A stretch of DNA of 32,000 nucleotides from Acaryochloris marina S15 (GCF_018336915.1 NZ_CP064923.1:210001-242000); one strand, 5' to 3'. Counted from the first letter of the stretch, positions 8,598 through 16,739 are shown. The notes: generated by a model from the letters alone, not told the origin. Numbers and translations: made by a program.

Positions 8598-9407
8598 TTA
8601 GCCCCGGCGACCACTAACATAGGCTGCGGTGAGCGGATCTTGAGGGTTGGCAAAAATATCTTTGGCTGGGCCAAATTCAACCAATTGACCCACATCATGT
8701 TGCACCCAGAAAAAGGCCACATCGTCGGCAATGCGGGAAGCTTGGCCCAGATTGTGAGTGACGATCAGAATAGTATAGGTGCCTTTTAACCGCAGAATTA
8801 AATCTTCAATCACTTCGCTGGAGAGGGGGTCGAGGGCGCTACAGGGCTCGTCCATTAGCAGCACTTGAGGTTTTAAGGCCAGTGCCCTCGCTAAGCAAAG
8901 ACGTTGCTGCTGCCCTCCAGATAGAGAAAGGGCGGGGGCTTTGAGCCGATCTTTAACTTCTGTCCACAGGCCCACATCCGTGAGGGTGGTTTCGATGATG
9001 TGGTGAATATGGTTGCGATCGCAAATCCCATGCTCTTTTAAGGGAAACGCTAAATTGCGGTAAATGGAGAGGGGAAAGGGATTAGGCTTTTGGAACAGCA
9101 TTCCTACCTGGCGGCGCAGGGGGGTTAGGGGCATCGTCGCCGTATCGCACTCATTAAGATAAACTCGACCCGATAATTGGGCTGTTGGGGTCAATTCATG
9201 GAGACGATTTAAACAGCTCAAAAAGCTGGTTTTACCACAGCCGGATGGACCGATTAAGGCCGTAATCTGTCCTGCTCGGAACTGAGCCTCCACATTAGCA
9301 AAGGCCACCTTGCGACCATAGCGCAAACTCAGTTGCTCCACTCGGATGCTGGGAGGCTGGTGATGATCCGTGGTTAAGGATTGGGGGCTCAAGGTGGGAG
9401 AGGTCAT
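8598..9407 (-). CDS. pstB: Phosphate ABC transporter ATP-binding protein PstB
   Basis: Walker A is GPSGCGKTS, signature is LSGGQQQRL, Walker B is LLMDEP. The PstB-typical LFQKPNPFP is present. 4-nt overlap with pstA. Confidence 0.9.
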   Translation of the reverse strand: MTSPTLSPQSLTTDHHQPPSIRVEQLSLRYGRKVAFANVEAQFRAGQITALIGPSGCGKTSFLSCLNRLHELTPTAQLSGRVYLNECDTATMPLTPLRRQVGMLFQKPNPFPLSIYRNLAFPLKEHGICDRNHIHHIIETTLTDVGLWTEVKDRLKAPALSLSGGQQQRLCLARALALKPQVLLMDEPCSALDPLSSEVIEDLILRLKGTYTILIVTHNLGQASRIADDVAFFWVQHDVGQLVEFGPAKDIFANPQDPLTAAYVSGRRG

Positions 9408-10288
9408 AGAATTTGAAGCTTGGATTGGCGAAAACGTTCGGCTAACCCGGAGACAAGAGTATTGATCAAAATGAGAAGAATCACGAGGACCAGGGCCGTT
9501 CCATAAGCATTCTGTTCACCCCCAGGAATATTCATGGCGAGATCGAAAATATGAATCGATAGTACCCGCCCAGAATCTAATACTGATGTGGGCATCCGGT
9601 CAACATAGCCACTGGTGAAAATTAAGGCTGCCGTTTCGGCGATGGCCCGCCCAATCCCCAGCAAAATCCCCACGGCAATCCCTGGCAACGCTGCCGGTAA
9701 AATCAACGTTTTCAGGGTGCCGAAGCGAGACAACCCCAATGCTGCCGATGCTTGGCGATATTCACCGGGCACATTGACGAGTCCTACCTGAATAGAGCGA
9801 ATGAGGATGGGCAGCACCATACAGGCTAGGGTTAATCCCCCTGACAGGATAGAGAACCCTAATCCTAAAACCTTGGAGAAAAAGGCATTGCCAAACAGGC
9901 CAAACACAATGGACGGCACGCCTGCCAAAATATCTAAACTTAGCCGAATGGCGCGATGGGATTGCTGGGGACTGAATTCGGTCAGGAACAAGGCCGTGCC
10001 TAATCCCAAGGGTAGGGATACTCCCATACAAACCCCTAACACCCACCCCGTGGACACCAAAATGGGAGCAATGCCGCCTTCTCGTCCGGCTTTAGCAGGC
10101 ACTTGGGTTAAAAAAGCACCATTGATAGCTTGTCCCCCTTGCCAAATCACGTCACTGAGCAGCCAGATAAACAAAGCGGTAATGCCCAAGGCCACGAGCC
10201 ATACCATCAGGGTTGCGACTTGCTCCTTGCCAACAGGGCGGAGATGACGATTAGACCAAGGACAAACCATTTTAAACCTCCGGGGCAT
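9404..10288 (-). CDS. pstA: Phosphate ABC transporter permease PstA
   Basis: Polytopic permease with an EAA-like loop (GRAIAETAALIFTSG). It occupies the position after pstC in a pstSCAB array. Confidence 0.85.
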   Translation of the reverse strand: MPRRFKMVCPWSNRHLRPVGKEQVATLMVWLVALGITALFIWLLSDVIWQGGQAINGAFLTQVPAKAGREGGIAPILVSTGWVLGVCMGVSLPLGLGTALFLTEFSPQQSHRAIRLSLDILAGVPSIVFGLFGNAFFSKVLGLGFSILSGGLTLACMVLPILIRSIQVGLVNVPGEYRQASAALGLSRFGTLKTLILPAALPGIAVGILLGIGRAIAETAALIFTSGYVDRMPTSVLDSGRVLSIHIFDLAMNIPGGEQNAYGTALVLVILLILINTLVSGLAERFRQSKLQIL

Positions 10289-11168
10289 CCGTCCACCGAT
10301 CGGTGAACATCACCAGTCCGGTCACCACCAGCATCAGGACTAGACCACTGGCAAATAAGGCTGACCGATGGAGGTCTAAAGCGTAGGCCATTTCTAGGGC
10401 AATATTGGCAGTCAGGGTGCGGACGGGGGCAAAGATGGAATTGGGCACCTGCACGACATTGCCACAGACCATCAGTACAGCCATAGTTTCCCCTAGGGCA
10501 CGAGCAGTGGCGAGCATGATAGCCGTCAAAATACCGGAACGAATCGCTGGTAAACAGACCCCTTGCACCGTTGCCCAAGTGCCCAGTCCCAAGGCAGCTG
10601 ATCCTTGCCAGTAGGTCGGAGGGATACTCGCCAAGCTGGCATCAGTGACCAGGGCAATGGTGGGCAAAATCATCAGGGCCAAAATCAGAATTCCGGCGAG
10701 GAGGCTAGGGCCAGGAGGCTGAACTTTGGCAATCAAAGGCACAAGGACGACCAATCCCCACAAGCCATAGACTACAGAAGGAATGCCAGCCAGCAGCTCG
10801 ATCAAGCGTCGATAAATTTGTGCTAATCCCTTCGGAGCGTAGTATTGGCAAAACACAGCCGATAAGATGCCTAGAGGCGTGGCTATAGATACCGCTCCAA
10901 CGGTGACTCCCAGAGTGCCCAGAATCATGGGGGTGAGATTGTAGGACTGTTCGCTAGGATGCCAGCCTGGATCACGCCAAAATTGATCGAGGGAAATGGT
11001 GCGTAGAATTGGCAGGGTTTCCCAAATGAGAAAGCCCAGAATCAACAGTAAGATAGCCCCTGACCCCAAGGCCAGGAGTTGCAAGAGGACGGCCCCTGGT
11101 CCTTCACTCTTGAACCGGAACAAGGGACTGCTCTTGGACAATATCCTTGACCTGGGACGATTGGGCAA
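10272..11168 (-). CDS. pstC: Phosphate ABC transporter permease PstC
   Basis: Permease with ARALGETMAVLMVCGN. Start is uncertain. Codon 11168 is TTG, with further in-frame TTGs at 11141 and 11123. All of them overlap the pstS 3' end. Confidence 0.8.
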   Translation of the reverse strand: MPNRPRSRILSKSSPLFRFKSEGPGAVLLQLLALGSGAILLLILGFLIWETLPILRTISLDQFWRDPGWHPSEQSYNLTPMILGTLGVTVGAVSIATPLGILSAVFCQYYAPKGLAQIYRRLIELLAGIPSVVYGLWGLVVLVPLIAKVQPPGPSLLAGILILALMILPTIALVTDASLASIPPTYWQGSAALGLGTWATVQGVCLPAIRSGILTAIMLATARALGETMAVLMVCGNVVQVPNSIFAPVRTLTANIALEMAYALDLHRSALFASGLVLMLVVTGLVMFTDRWTDAPEV

Positions 11169-11940
11169 AGTCGATAAATTTTTGCTGTTGAGGATTGAGA
11201 GACCCTTGGGTTACCAAGTTAAGGGGACGTGATAAGGGAAAAGACCCATCCCGAACGGTTTGGGCCGTCGCCTGAATCCCTTCTAAGGGCAGAACTTTAA
11301 TGGGGGTGCCCTGTTCGACATTGACTTTCGCTGCGCCAACAGAGACGTAGCCAATGGCGAGGGGATTGCCTGCTACGGTTTTAATGCCCTGCTCGTTATC
11401 GCCAATCACTACATCGGCTTTGATTTGTGAGGATTTGAGCTGGAAGTGCTGGGTAAAGACTTCTAGGGTGGAGCGACCTTCAGCTTTATTGACGACGGTA
11501 ATCGCCTGGGATTTCCCCCCAGCGTCCTGCCAGTTGTTGAGCTGGTCTGTGTAGATATCGGTAATTTGCTGGCGGGTGAGCCGCTGAATCGGGTTATCCC
11601 GATGGACAATCACCACGACGCCATCTTTAGCGATGGTGTGGAAGTTTAGGCCCTGGTCTTCTGACTTGGCAGCTCGGGACACCATGCCAATATCAGCCAC
11701 CTGTTGGCGCACATCAGCAATCCCCCGCGAAGACCCACCTGTTTGCACATCAATCCGCACCTGGGGATTTTGGGCTTCATAGCGTTTGGCAATTTCGGAA
11801 GCAATGGGGGCAACGGTACTGGATCCCGTAATCACTAGTTTTTGCGGGGCGTTACCGGAGCTGGACGCTTGTAATGTACTACAGGCTTGCAATCCCAGAG
11901 ATAAACCCAAAAAAACGCCTGCAATGACTCGACCAGACAT
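11104..11940 (-). CDS. pstS: Phosphate-binding protein PstS (PBP-like-2 / PhoT type), probable lipoprotein
   Basis: Motifs are ITGSSTVAPI and IGYVSVG. ORF-track start is 11964, but ATG 11940 has AGGA about 8 nt upstream. It yields the signal MSGRVIAGVFLGLSLGLQAC, with a possible lipobox. Confidence 0.8.
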   Translation of the reverse strand: MSGRVIAGVFLGLSLGLQACSTLQASSSGNAPQKLVITGSSTVAPIASEIAKRYEAQNPQVRIDVQTGGSSRGIADVRQQVADIGMVSRAAKSEDQGLNFHTIAKDGVVVIVHRDNPIQRLTRQQITDIYTDQLNNWQDAGGKSQAITVVNKAEGRSTLEVFTQHFQLKSSQIKADVVIGDNEQGIKTVAGNPLAIGYVSVGAAKVNVEQGTPIKVLPLEGIQATAQTVRDGSFPLSRPLNLVTQGSLNPQQQKFIDFAQSSQVKDIVQEQSLVPVQE

Positions 11941-12020
11941 AATTGTTCCTGCTAATGACTCCATAAAAATTCGGTGACCCCTGGGTTCAAGGGCCGCTTA
12001 AAAGTTTGAATTGGTCGTGG

Positions 12021-12062
12021 GGTAACGACCTAGGATAACGAGCTTAATAACACCGGTAAATA
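12021..12062 (-). promoter_or_regulatory. Candidate Pho-box-like direct repeats upstream of pstS
   Basis: Read on the minus strand: TTTACCGG TGT TATTAAGC TCG TTATCCTA GGTCG TTACCCCA. That is four TTA(A/T/C)(C/G)C-type cores at spacings of about 9-13 nt. It resembles the cyanobacterial SphR PyTTAAPyPy(T/A) repeat, but imperfectly. Confidence 0.25.
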
Positions 12063-12114
12063 TAGTTGAACACGGCTCTACTTCCTATCCTCTACAGCCT
12101 TAACGCTACTGATG

Positions 12115-12269
12115 GCCCCCTAAATCCCCCACTAGTGGGGGACTTGTCTGCTCGATCCAAACAGGATCTGTGACAGCGTTGAACCTCAGCAGCTCTAGAG
12201 GTCTTACTGTCTAGATTTATCAGCCTAGACATAGGCTCGAAGTCCCCCAGAATGGGGGATTTAGGGGGC
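12115..12269. mobile_element. MITE-like element with 30/31-bp terminal inverted repeats
   Basis: Left arm 12115-12145 is GCCCCCTAAATCCCCCACTAGTGGGGGACTT. Right arm 12240-12269 reverse-complements to GCCCCCTAAATCCCCCATTCTGGGGGACTT. The arms are identical except for the loop of an internal hairpin. There is no coding capacity and no clear target-site duplication. Confidence 0.6.
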
Positions 12270-12334
12270 GAGTGCAAAAGCTGATGTTGCCAAAAGAGAC
12301 GGCAGAAATCTCGGTATCGATCACTTTTCATTCC

Positions 12335-12643
12335 CTAAATAGAAAAGGAGGTAAATGAGAATTCGCAACAACCCAAATCTAATCCGTCTTGTGATGCCTG
12401 ACTTTGGACGTCGGGAACCAGGGCATAGAGCACGGCTTTGCCATCACGGGTGGCTTGTACAAATCCGGCCTGCCGCAACACCTTTAAATGGTGGGACAGT
12501 AGACTTTGCTCGACGTTCAACACGGCATTGATTTCATTGACGTGTTGAGGGCCATTCATCAATAGTTTGAGAATCGAGAGCCGAGTGGCGTCTGCTAAGG
12601 TTTTGAGCTTGTTGGCACAAGATTGAGATGTGTTCATGCTCAC
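12335..12643 (-). CDS. ArsR/SmtB-family HTH transcriptional regulator
   Basis: LADATRLSILKLLMNGPQHVNEINAVLNVEQSLLSHHLKVLRQAGFV..DGKAVLYAL. SD-like AAGGTGA lies upstream of ATG 12643. The C-terminal Cys-Cys codons are at 12365-12370. Confidence 0.85.
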   Translation of the reverse strand: MSMNTSQSCANKLKTLADATRLSILKLLMNGPQHVNEINAVLNVEQSLLSHHLKVLRQAGFVQATRDGKAVLYALVPDVQSQASQDGLDLGCCEFSFTSFSI

Positions 12644-12696
12644 CTTGTTTTAATAGAACCTAGGATGTTGCTATTTATATTAGTTTTTATCTGTGT

Positions 12697-12726
12697 TGAA
12701 TATATCTTGATATCAATTGTGATTCA
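12697..12726. promoter_or_regulatory. Imperfect 30-bp palindrome in the arsR/exonuclease divergent promoter region (candidate operator)
   Basis: Sequence is TGAATATATCTTGATATCAATTGTGATTCA. The outer TGAAT/ATTCA and the inner perfect palindrome TTGATATCAA (12707-12716) share the same centre. The surrounding intergenic DNA is AT-rich. Confidence 0.3.
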
Positions 12727-12834
12727 TTAATCATAGATTAAATTTTCCTGAATCCTGCCTATGACTGATATGCAACAGGTGAGTTAGGCTATCGTGGACA
12801 GGTTTGCGTGGATGCAGTGCATCCTGGAAAGGTT

Positions 12835-13353
12835 ATGAGTTTTGTGATGGTCGATGTGGAGTCTGATGGCTCTATTCCTGGTGACTATTCGATGGTTTGT
12901 TTTGGGGCCATTATTGTAGAGCCGACGTTGTCAAAGACGTTTTATGGGCAGTTAAAGCCAATTTCTGAGCAGTGGGTTCCAGAAGCGTTAGCAGTCAGTG
13001 GTTTCAGTCGAGAAGATACCCTTGGATTTGAGGAGCCGACGACTGTGATGCAGGGGTTTGCAGACTGGATTGCAGCCAATAGTAAGGGTCGTCCGTTCTT
13101 TATCTCTGACAACAATGGGTTCGACTGGCAATTTATCAATTGGTACTTCCACCATTTCATGGGCAGTAATCCGTTTGGCCATACGTCTGCCAATCTCGGC
13201 TCTTTGTACAAGGGACTGGTAAAGGACACGTTTACGAATTTCAAGCATTTACGGAAAACTGCCCATACTCACCACCCTGTGGATGATGCACGGGGTAATG
13301 CAGAAGCGCTATTAATGATGAAGGAACAGGGCTTGAGCATTAGCCTGAAGTAA
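12835..13353 (+). CDS. DEDDh (DnaQ-like) 3'-5' exonuclease
   Basis: Exo I is VMVDVESDG, Exo II is FISDNNGFDWQF, Exo III is HHPVDDARGNA. ATG 12835 is preferred over GTG 12808. Confidence 0.75.
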   Translation: MSFVMVDVESDGSIPGDYSMVCFGAIIVEPTLSKTFYGQLKPISEQWVPEALAVSGFSREDTLGFEEPTTVMQGFADWIAANSKGRPFFISDNNGFDWQFINWYFHHFMGSNPFGHTSANLGSLYKGLVKDTFTNFKHLRKTAHTHHPVDDARGNAEALLMMKEQGLSISLK

Positions 13354-13389
13354 ACGGCTCACTCATTTAGACACTCTCAAACAAACACT

Positions 13390-14499
13390 ATGCCTCTCGA
13401 TCTTCATGTCAACCTGGTCAATTTTTTGATCGTGATGGCTGTAGAGCTGGGTATTGGACTGCTGAGTGGCCTAATCAGAAAAGTATTAGCGAAGCAACAA
13501 GCCCATCATCATCCAGAATGCTATCAAGTGGTGCAATGTAATGACTACAAATCAGTAGGATATGGAATCCAAACGCCTGACAATTCTTTCAATGCCTTCG
13601 GCATGGATTACAGCTTTGTCATTGTTGAATTTAAGGAAAGAGAGGTTATTCGAGAACGATTCTTCACCTCTTTAGGAGACTCTATTAAAGTTGAATATAC
13701 CGATGGTCGGCTAACAGCTAGAACATCATTTTTATCAGCGCCGATATATACGGTGACAGTTGTTGTCCCTATTGTGATCGGTATTGTGGCAGTCCTGGGT
13801 ATTGCCGAGCTGGGAGACGATAGCTCTGATAACGCTTATGAAGTAGCCTCCATTATTGGCAATTACGCTATATATTTTGTGGCGTCTGGCCTATTGTGGT
13901 CTACGGTGTTGACCGCTATCTCTAGCAAGATGGCGATGGACAACATCGGAAGAAGAGACTCTACGAGCAATACTGAGGGTCACATTTCTCCGCAGATTCA
14001 AGCAATACCAATCTCCACAGAGCATCAGAACAGCGAACCTCATGGGCTTGGGCGCTACTTTTGGGCGTTATTAATCGCTGTCACAGTTGTCAACGGATTA
14101 ACGCTGTATTTCCAAGGATGGAGTGATATGGCGACCCTTGACCTGAAGTTGAGTTATGCAAAACTGACGCTCTATATACTGTTTTGGGCAACGGTTCCGT
14201 GGATGGTTGTGGGTATCAGTTGTATGCGGAATCAATTGTCTTTAAATGATTATCTGGAACCCCCGACGTTGCACCCTGATCTCATTGCTTTTTTTGCCTC
14301 GCTGATTGGTGTATTTGCGATGGGCAGTTATTGGATATTTGCTGCTGGCGGTGCTGAACAGCTTTTGCATTACCCCGGTCTTGATATTCAAGCCTGGAGT
14401 GTAGAGCAAGTCCAACAGACGTGGAGCTTGGGGGTGATATCAGGAATCGTGACGATGGCCGTTATCGTTGCTCGAACGCATCGTACTTCCGGTGATTGA
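13390..14499 (+). CDS. Hypothetical polytopic (about 7 TM) membrane protein
   Basis: 369-aa ORF. It has an N-terminal TM, a soluble insert of about 100 aa, then six hydrophobic helices. Lower GC than neighbouring DNA. No family recognised. Confidence 0.55.
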   Translation: MPLDLHVNLVNFLIVMAVELGIGLLSGLIRKVLAKQQAHHHPECYQVVQCNDYKSVGYGIQTPDNSFNAFGMDYSFVIVEFKEREVIRERFFTSLGDSIKVEYTDGRLTARTSFLSAPIYTVTVVVPIVIGIVAVLGIAELGDDSSDNAYEVASIIGNYAIYFVASGLLWSTVLTAISSKMAMDNIGRRDSTSNTEGHISPQIQAIPISTEHQNSEPHGLGRYFWALLIAVTVVNGLTLYFQGWSDMATLDLKLSYAKLTLYILFWATVPWMVVGISCMRNQLSLNDYLEPPTLHPDLIAFFASLIGVFAMGSYWIFAAGGAEQLLHYPGLDIQAWSVEQVQQTWSLGVISGIVTMAVIVARTHRTSGD

Positions 14500-14535
14500 G
14501 TTTATGGTTCTTGACTAGTTATTTGATCATAGTGA

Positions 14536-14826
14536 TCACGAGAATTCACTACTTCTGGGAAATGGGTGCGAGACCAAGTTGCGTATCAAGGGGGCATGAT
14601 CACGAATGGAGGCTATACCAAATCGAAAGACACTCAAGTTCTGAAGAGTGGACAGGCAGAATTGGTCTCCTTTGGTCAATTGTTTATTGCTAATCCTGAT
14701 CTACCGGACCGTCTGGCCAGAGATGCCTCTTTAAATGCGCCTGACTTTGCTACTGTTTATGGCAAAGGCGATCAAAATCTCGCTCAAGGCTATACCGACT
14801 ACTCAAGGCTAGGGTCGGAGCCATAA
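14536..14826 (+). pseudogene. C-terminal remnant of an Old Yellow Enzyme-family NADH:flavin oxidoreductase
   Basis: GGMITNGGYTKSKDTQVLKSGQAELVSFGQLFIANPDLPDRLARDASLNAPDFATVYGKG..QGYTDY matches the conserved OYE/NemA C-terminus. About 280 N-terminal residues are missing. There is an in-frame stop at 14533-14535. Confidence 0.6.
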
Positions 14827-14858
14827 GATTAGTCGTTGGGTCGTTTCTCTATTGGTTC

Positions 14859-16739
14859 ATGATGTCTGCACAAGATTTAATCCATACCCTAGAACAAACA
14901 ACCCAGAAACGACTCAAGCAAATCTCTGTTGAAGACTTGAGTAAAAGTCTGGATGACATCTATAACCATTTGCAGATTCAGCCCAATGCTTATGCCCTGA
15001 ATGATGAAAATCAAATCGTTGGACTGAGTTTGCAAGGGGTGGATGGCCATGAATTATTGGCAGCATCAATCGAGCAATTTCACCATCTCTCCGCCTTGTA
15101 TTTATTCGATATTGTCTCGCCAGAAATCATCCCATTTGCCAGTCTTCAAAGACTCTCAGCCATTGCGCTGTCGGGACAAGATGTGAAGACTGCCTCCTAT
15201 CTCCAACAAGCAGAGAATCTCAAAACGGTTTATTTGAATGCCACCCATATTTCTGATTACTCCTGCTTGTCGGACCTCAAGAACCTGACCCACCTCGACT
15301 TAAGCAACAATCTGATTGCTGATATTTCCTTTATCCAGGACCTCAAGCAACTCACCTACCTGGGATTAGGGTCTAACAAAATTGTTGATATTTCAGCACT
15401 CAAACACCTGACGAAACTGGTCAGCCTAAATTTACGCTCTAATGCAACAGCGGATTATTCAGTGTTGCGAGATCTCCAAGACCTCACCCATCTAGCAATT
15501 AGCGTTAGCGAGGAAATGGGGATTTCCTTCCTACAAAATCTTAAAGGCCTCACCCATCTGGATCTCAGCTACAACCACTGGATTTCGGATATTTCTGTGT
15601 TACGAGATCTGCAAGGACTCGCCCACCTGGATTTAGGGTCTAACCAGATTTCTGATATTGCAGTTTTGCAAGATCTACAGCAACTCACCTATCTGTCTTT
15701 AAGTTGCAATCAGCTTGCAGATATTTCAGTATTACCAACCCTCCAAGGACTTGAAAGTCTGGATGTCAGTGCTAACGAGATTGCTGATATTGCAATTCTG
15801 CAAAACCTCACAGGGTTGACCCATCTGGATATCAGCTCCAATGAAGTGTCTGATATTTCAGCTTTGCAGGATCTCACGACGCTCACTCATCTGAACATCA
15901 GTTCAAACGAGATGATTGATTATGCAGTGTTACAAGGTCTGACAGAACTTACTAGCCTAGATATCAGTGACAATCAGATGGCTGAGATCTCAGACTTACA
16001 GGGACTCCAAGCACTGACCAGTCTGAACTTAAGCTATAACCAGCTGTCTGATATTTCAGTCCTAAAGGATTTCAAGCAACTGGCTAATCTGAATTTAAGC
16101 TACAACCCCCTATCAGATATTGCGGCTCTGCAAAACTGCATGAACCTCACCACCCTAAATTTAAGTTTCACCCAAATTACCGACCTTTCCACCCTGCCAG
16201 ATCTGAAGAGTCTAACCAGTTTAGATTTACATAGCAATCAGATTACGGATATCTCAGCGTTGCAAGACCTTGAGGGCCTATATAGGCTGAATGTCAGTGA
16301 CAATAAGCTGTCTGACATTTCAGCTATCAAGAGACTCACGGGACTCTTCAGCCTGAATTTAAGTATTAACCAGCTTTCTGATATTTCAGTTCTGCACGAT
16401 CTAACAAGACTGACCAGTTTGAATGTCAGTCATAATCAGCTGTCTGATATTTCAGTTTTGCAGGGACTTACAAGACTGTTCAGTCTAGATTTAGGGGCCA
16501 ATCAGGTTGCTGATATCTCAGCCCTGCAAAATATTCCAGGTCTCTTTAGTCTAGATTTGCGATTTTCTGATGTGTCCGTGTTTCAGGACTTCAAAGGACT
16601 CACCAGCCTAAATTTAAGTTCTAATCAGATTTCAAGCGTTCCTGAATGGTTGAGTGAGCAAGGCCTTCCTATTCAAACAGAGGATGAAGAGGCCTTATTC
16701 TGCATTAACTTATGTGATAATCCCATCCCACCTGTGTAG
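14859..16739 (+). CDS. Leucine-rich repeat protein (about 21 tandem 22-residue LRRs); no signal peptide and no other domain
   Basis: Repeats follow the form LxxLTxLxLSxNQIsDISxLQx, for example LQGLAHLDLGSNQISDIAVLQD and LTRLTSLNVSHNQLSDISVLQG. Confidence 0.9.
   Translation: MMSAQDLIHTLEQTTQKRLKQISVEDLSKSLDDIYNHLQIQPNAYALNDENQIVGLSLQGVDGHELLAASIEQFHHLSALYLFDIVSPEIIPFASLQRLSAIALSGQDVKTASYLQQAENLKTVYLNATHISDYSCLSDLKNLTHLDLSNNLIADISFIQDLKQLTYLGLGSNKIVDISALKHLTKLVSLNLRSNATADYSVLRDLQDLTHLAISVSEEMGISFLQNLKGLTHLDLSYNHWISDISVLRDLQGLAHLDLGSNQISDIAVLQDLQQLTYLSLSCNQLADISVLPTLQGLESLDVSANEIADIAILQNLTGLTHLDISSNEVSDISALQDLTTLTHLNISSNEMIDYAVLQGLTELTSLDISDNQMAEISDLQGLQALTSLNLSYNQLSDISVLKDFKQLANLNLSYNPLSDIAALQNCMNLTTLNLSFTQITDLSTLPDLKSLTSLDLHSNQITDISALQDLEGLYRLNVSDNKLSDISAIKRLTGLFSLNLSINQLSDISVLHDLTRLTSLNVSHNQLSDISVLQGLTRLFSLDLGANQVADISALQNIPGLFSLDLRFSDVSVFQDFKGLTSLNLSSNQISSVPEWLSEQGLPIQTEDEEALFCINLCDNPIPPV
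15276..16650 (+). repeat. Intragenic tandem 66-bp periodicity encoding the LRR units
   Basis: DNA strings such as ctcacccatctggat and tctgatatttcagt recur at 66-nt intervals, in frame with the LRR CDS. Confidence 0.8.

Noticed and set aside
9762-10614. Several 69-148-aa ORFs overlapping pstA/pstC on either strand (9762..10046, 9801..10247, 10207..10578, 10405..10614)
   Set aside because: They lie inside well-supported permease genes, have low-complexity Arg/Pro/Gly-rich translations and no motifs. These are typical shadow ORFs.
12092-12331. 79-aa minus-strand ORF spanning the inverted-repeat element
   Set aside because: It is read straight through both arms of the MITE-like repeat (the PKSPILGDF.. 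and ..KSPTSGGFRG segments are translations of the repeat). No RBS. Treated as a chance ORF.
14496-14693. 65-aa ORF overlapping the OYE remnant in another frame
   Set aside because: The alternative frame (14536-14826) carries the conserved OYE C-terminal motifs. This frame has none.
15276-16650. Regular 66-bp periodic repeats, which could be mistaken for a CRISPR or satellite array
   Set aside because: The units are contiguous, in frame and encode canonical 22-residue LRRs. There is no repeat/spacer alternation and no cas genes.
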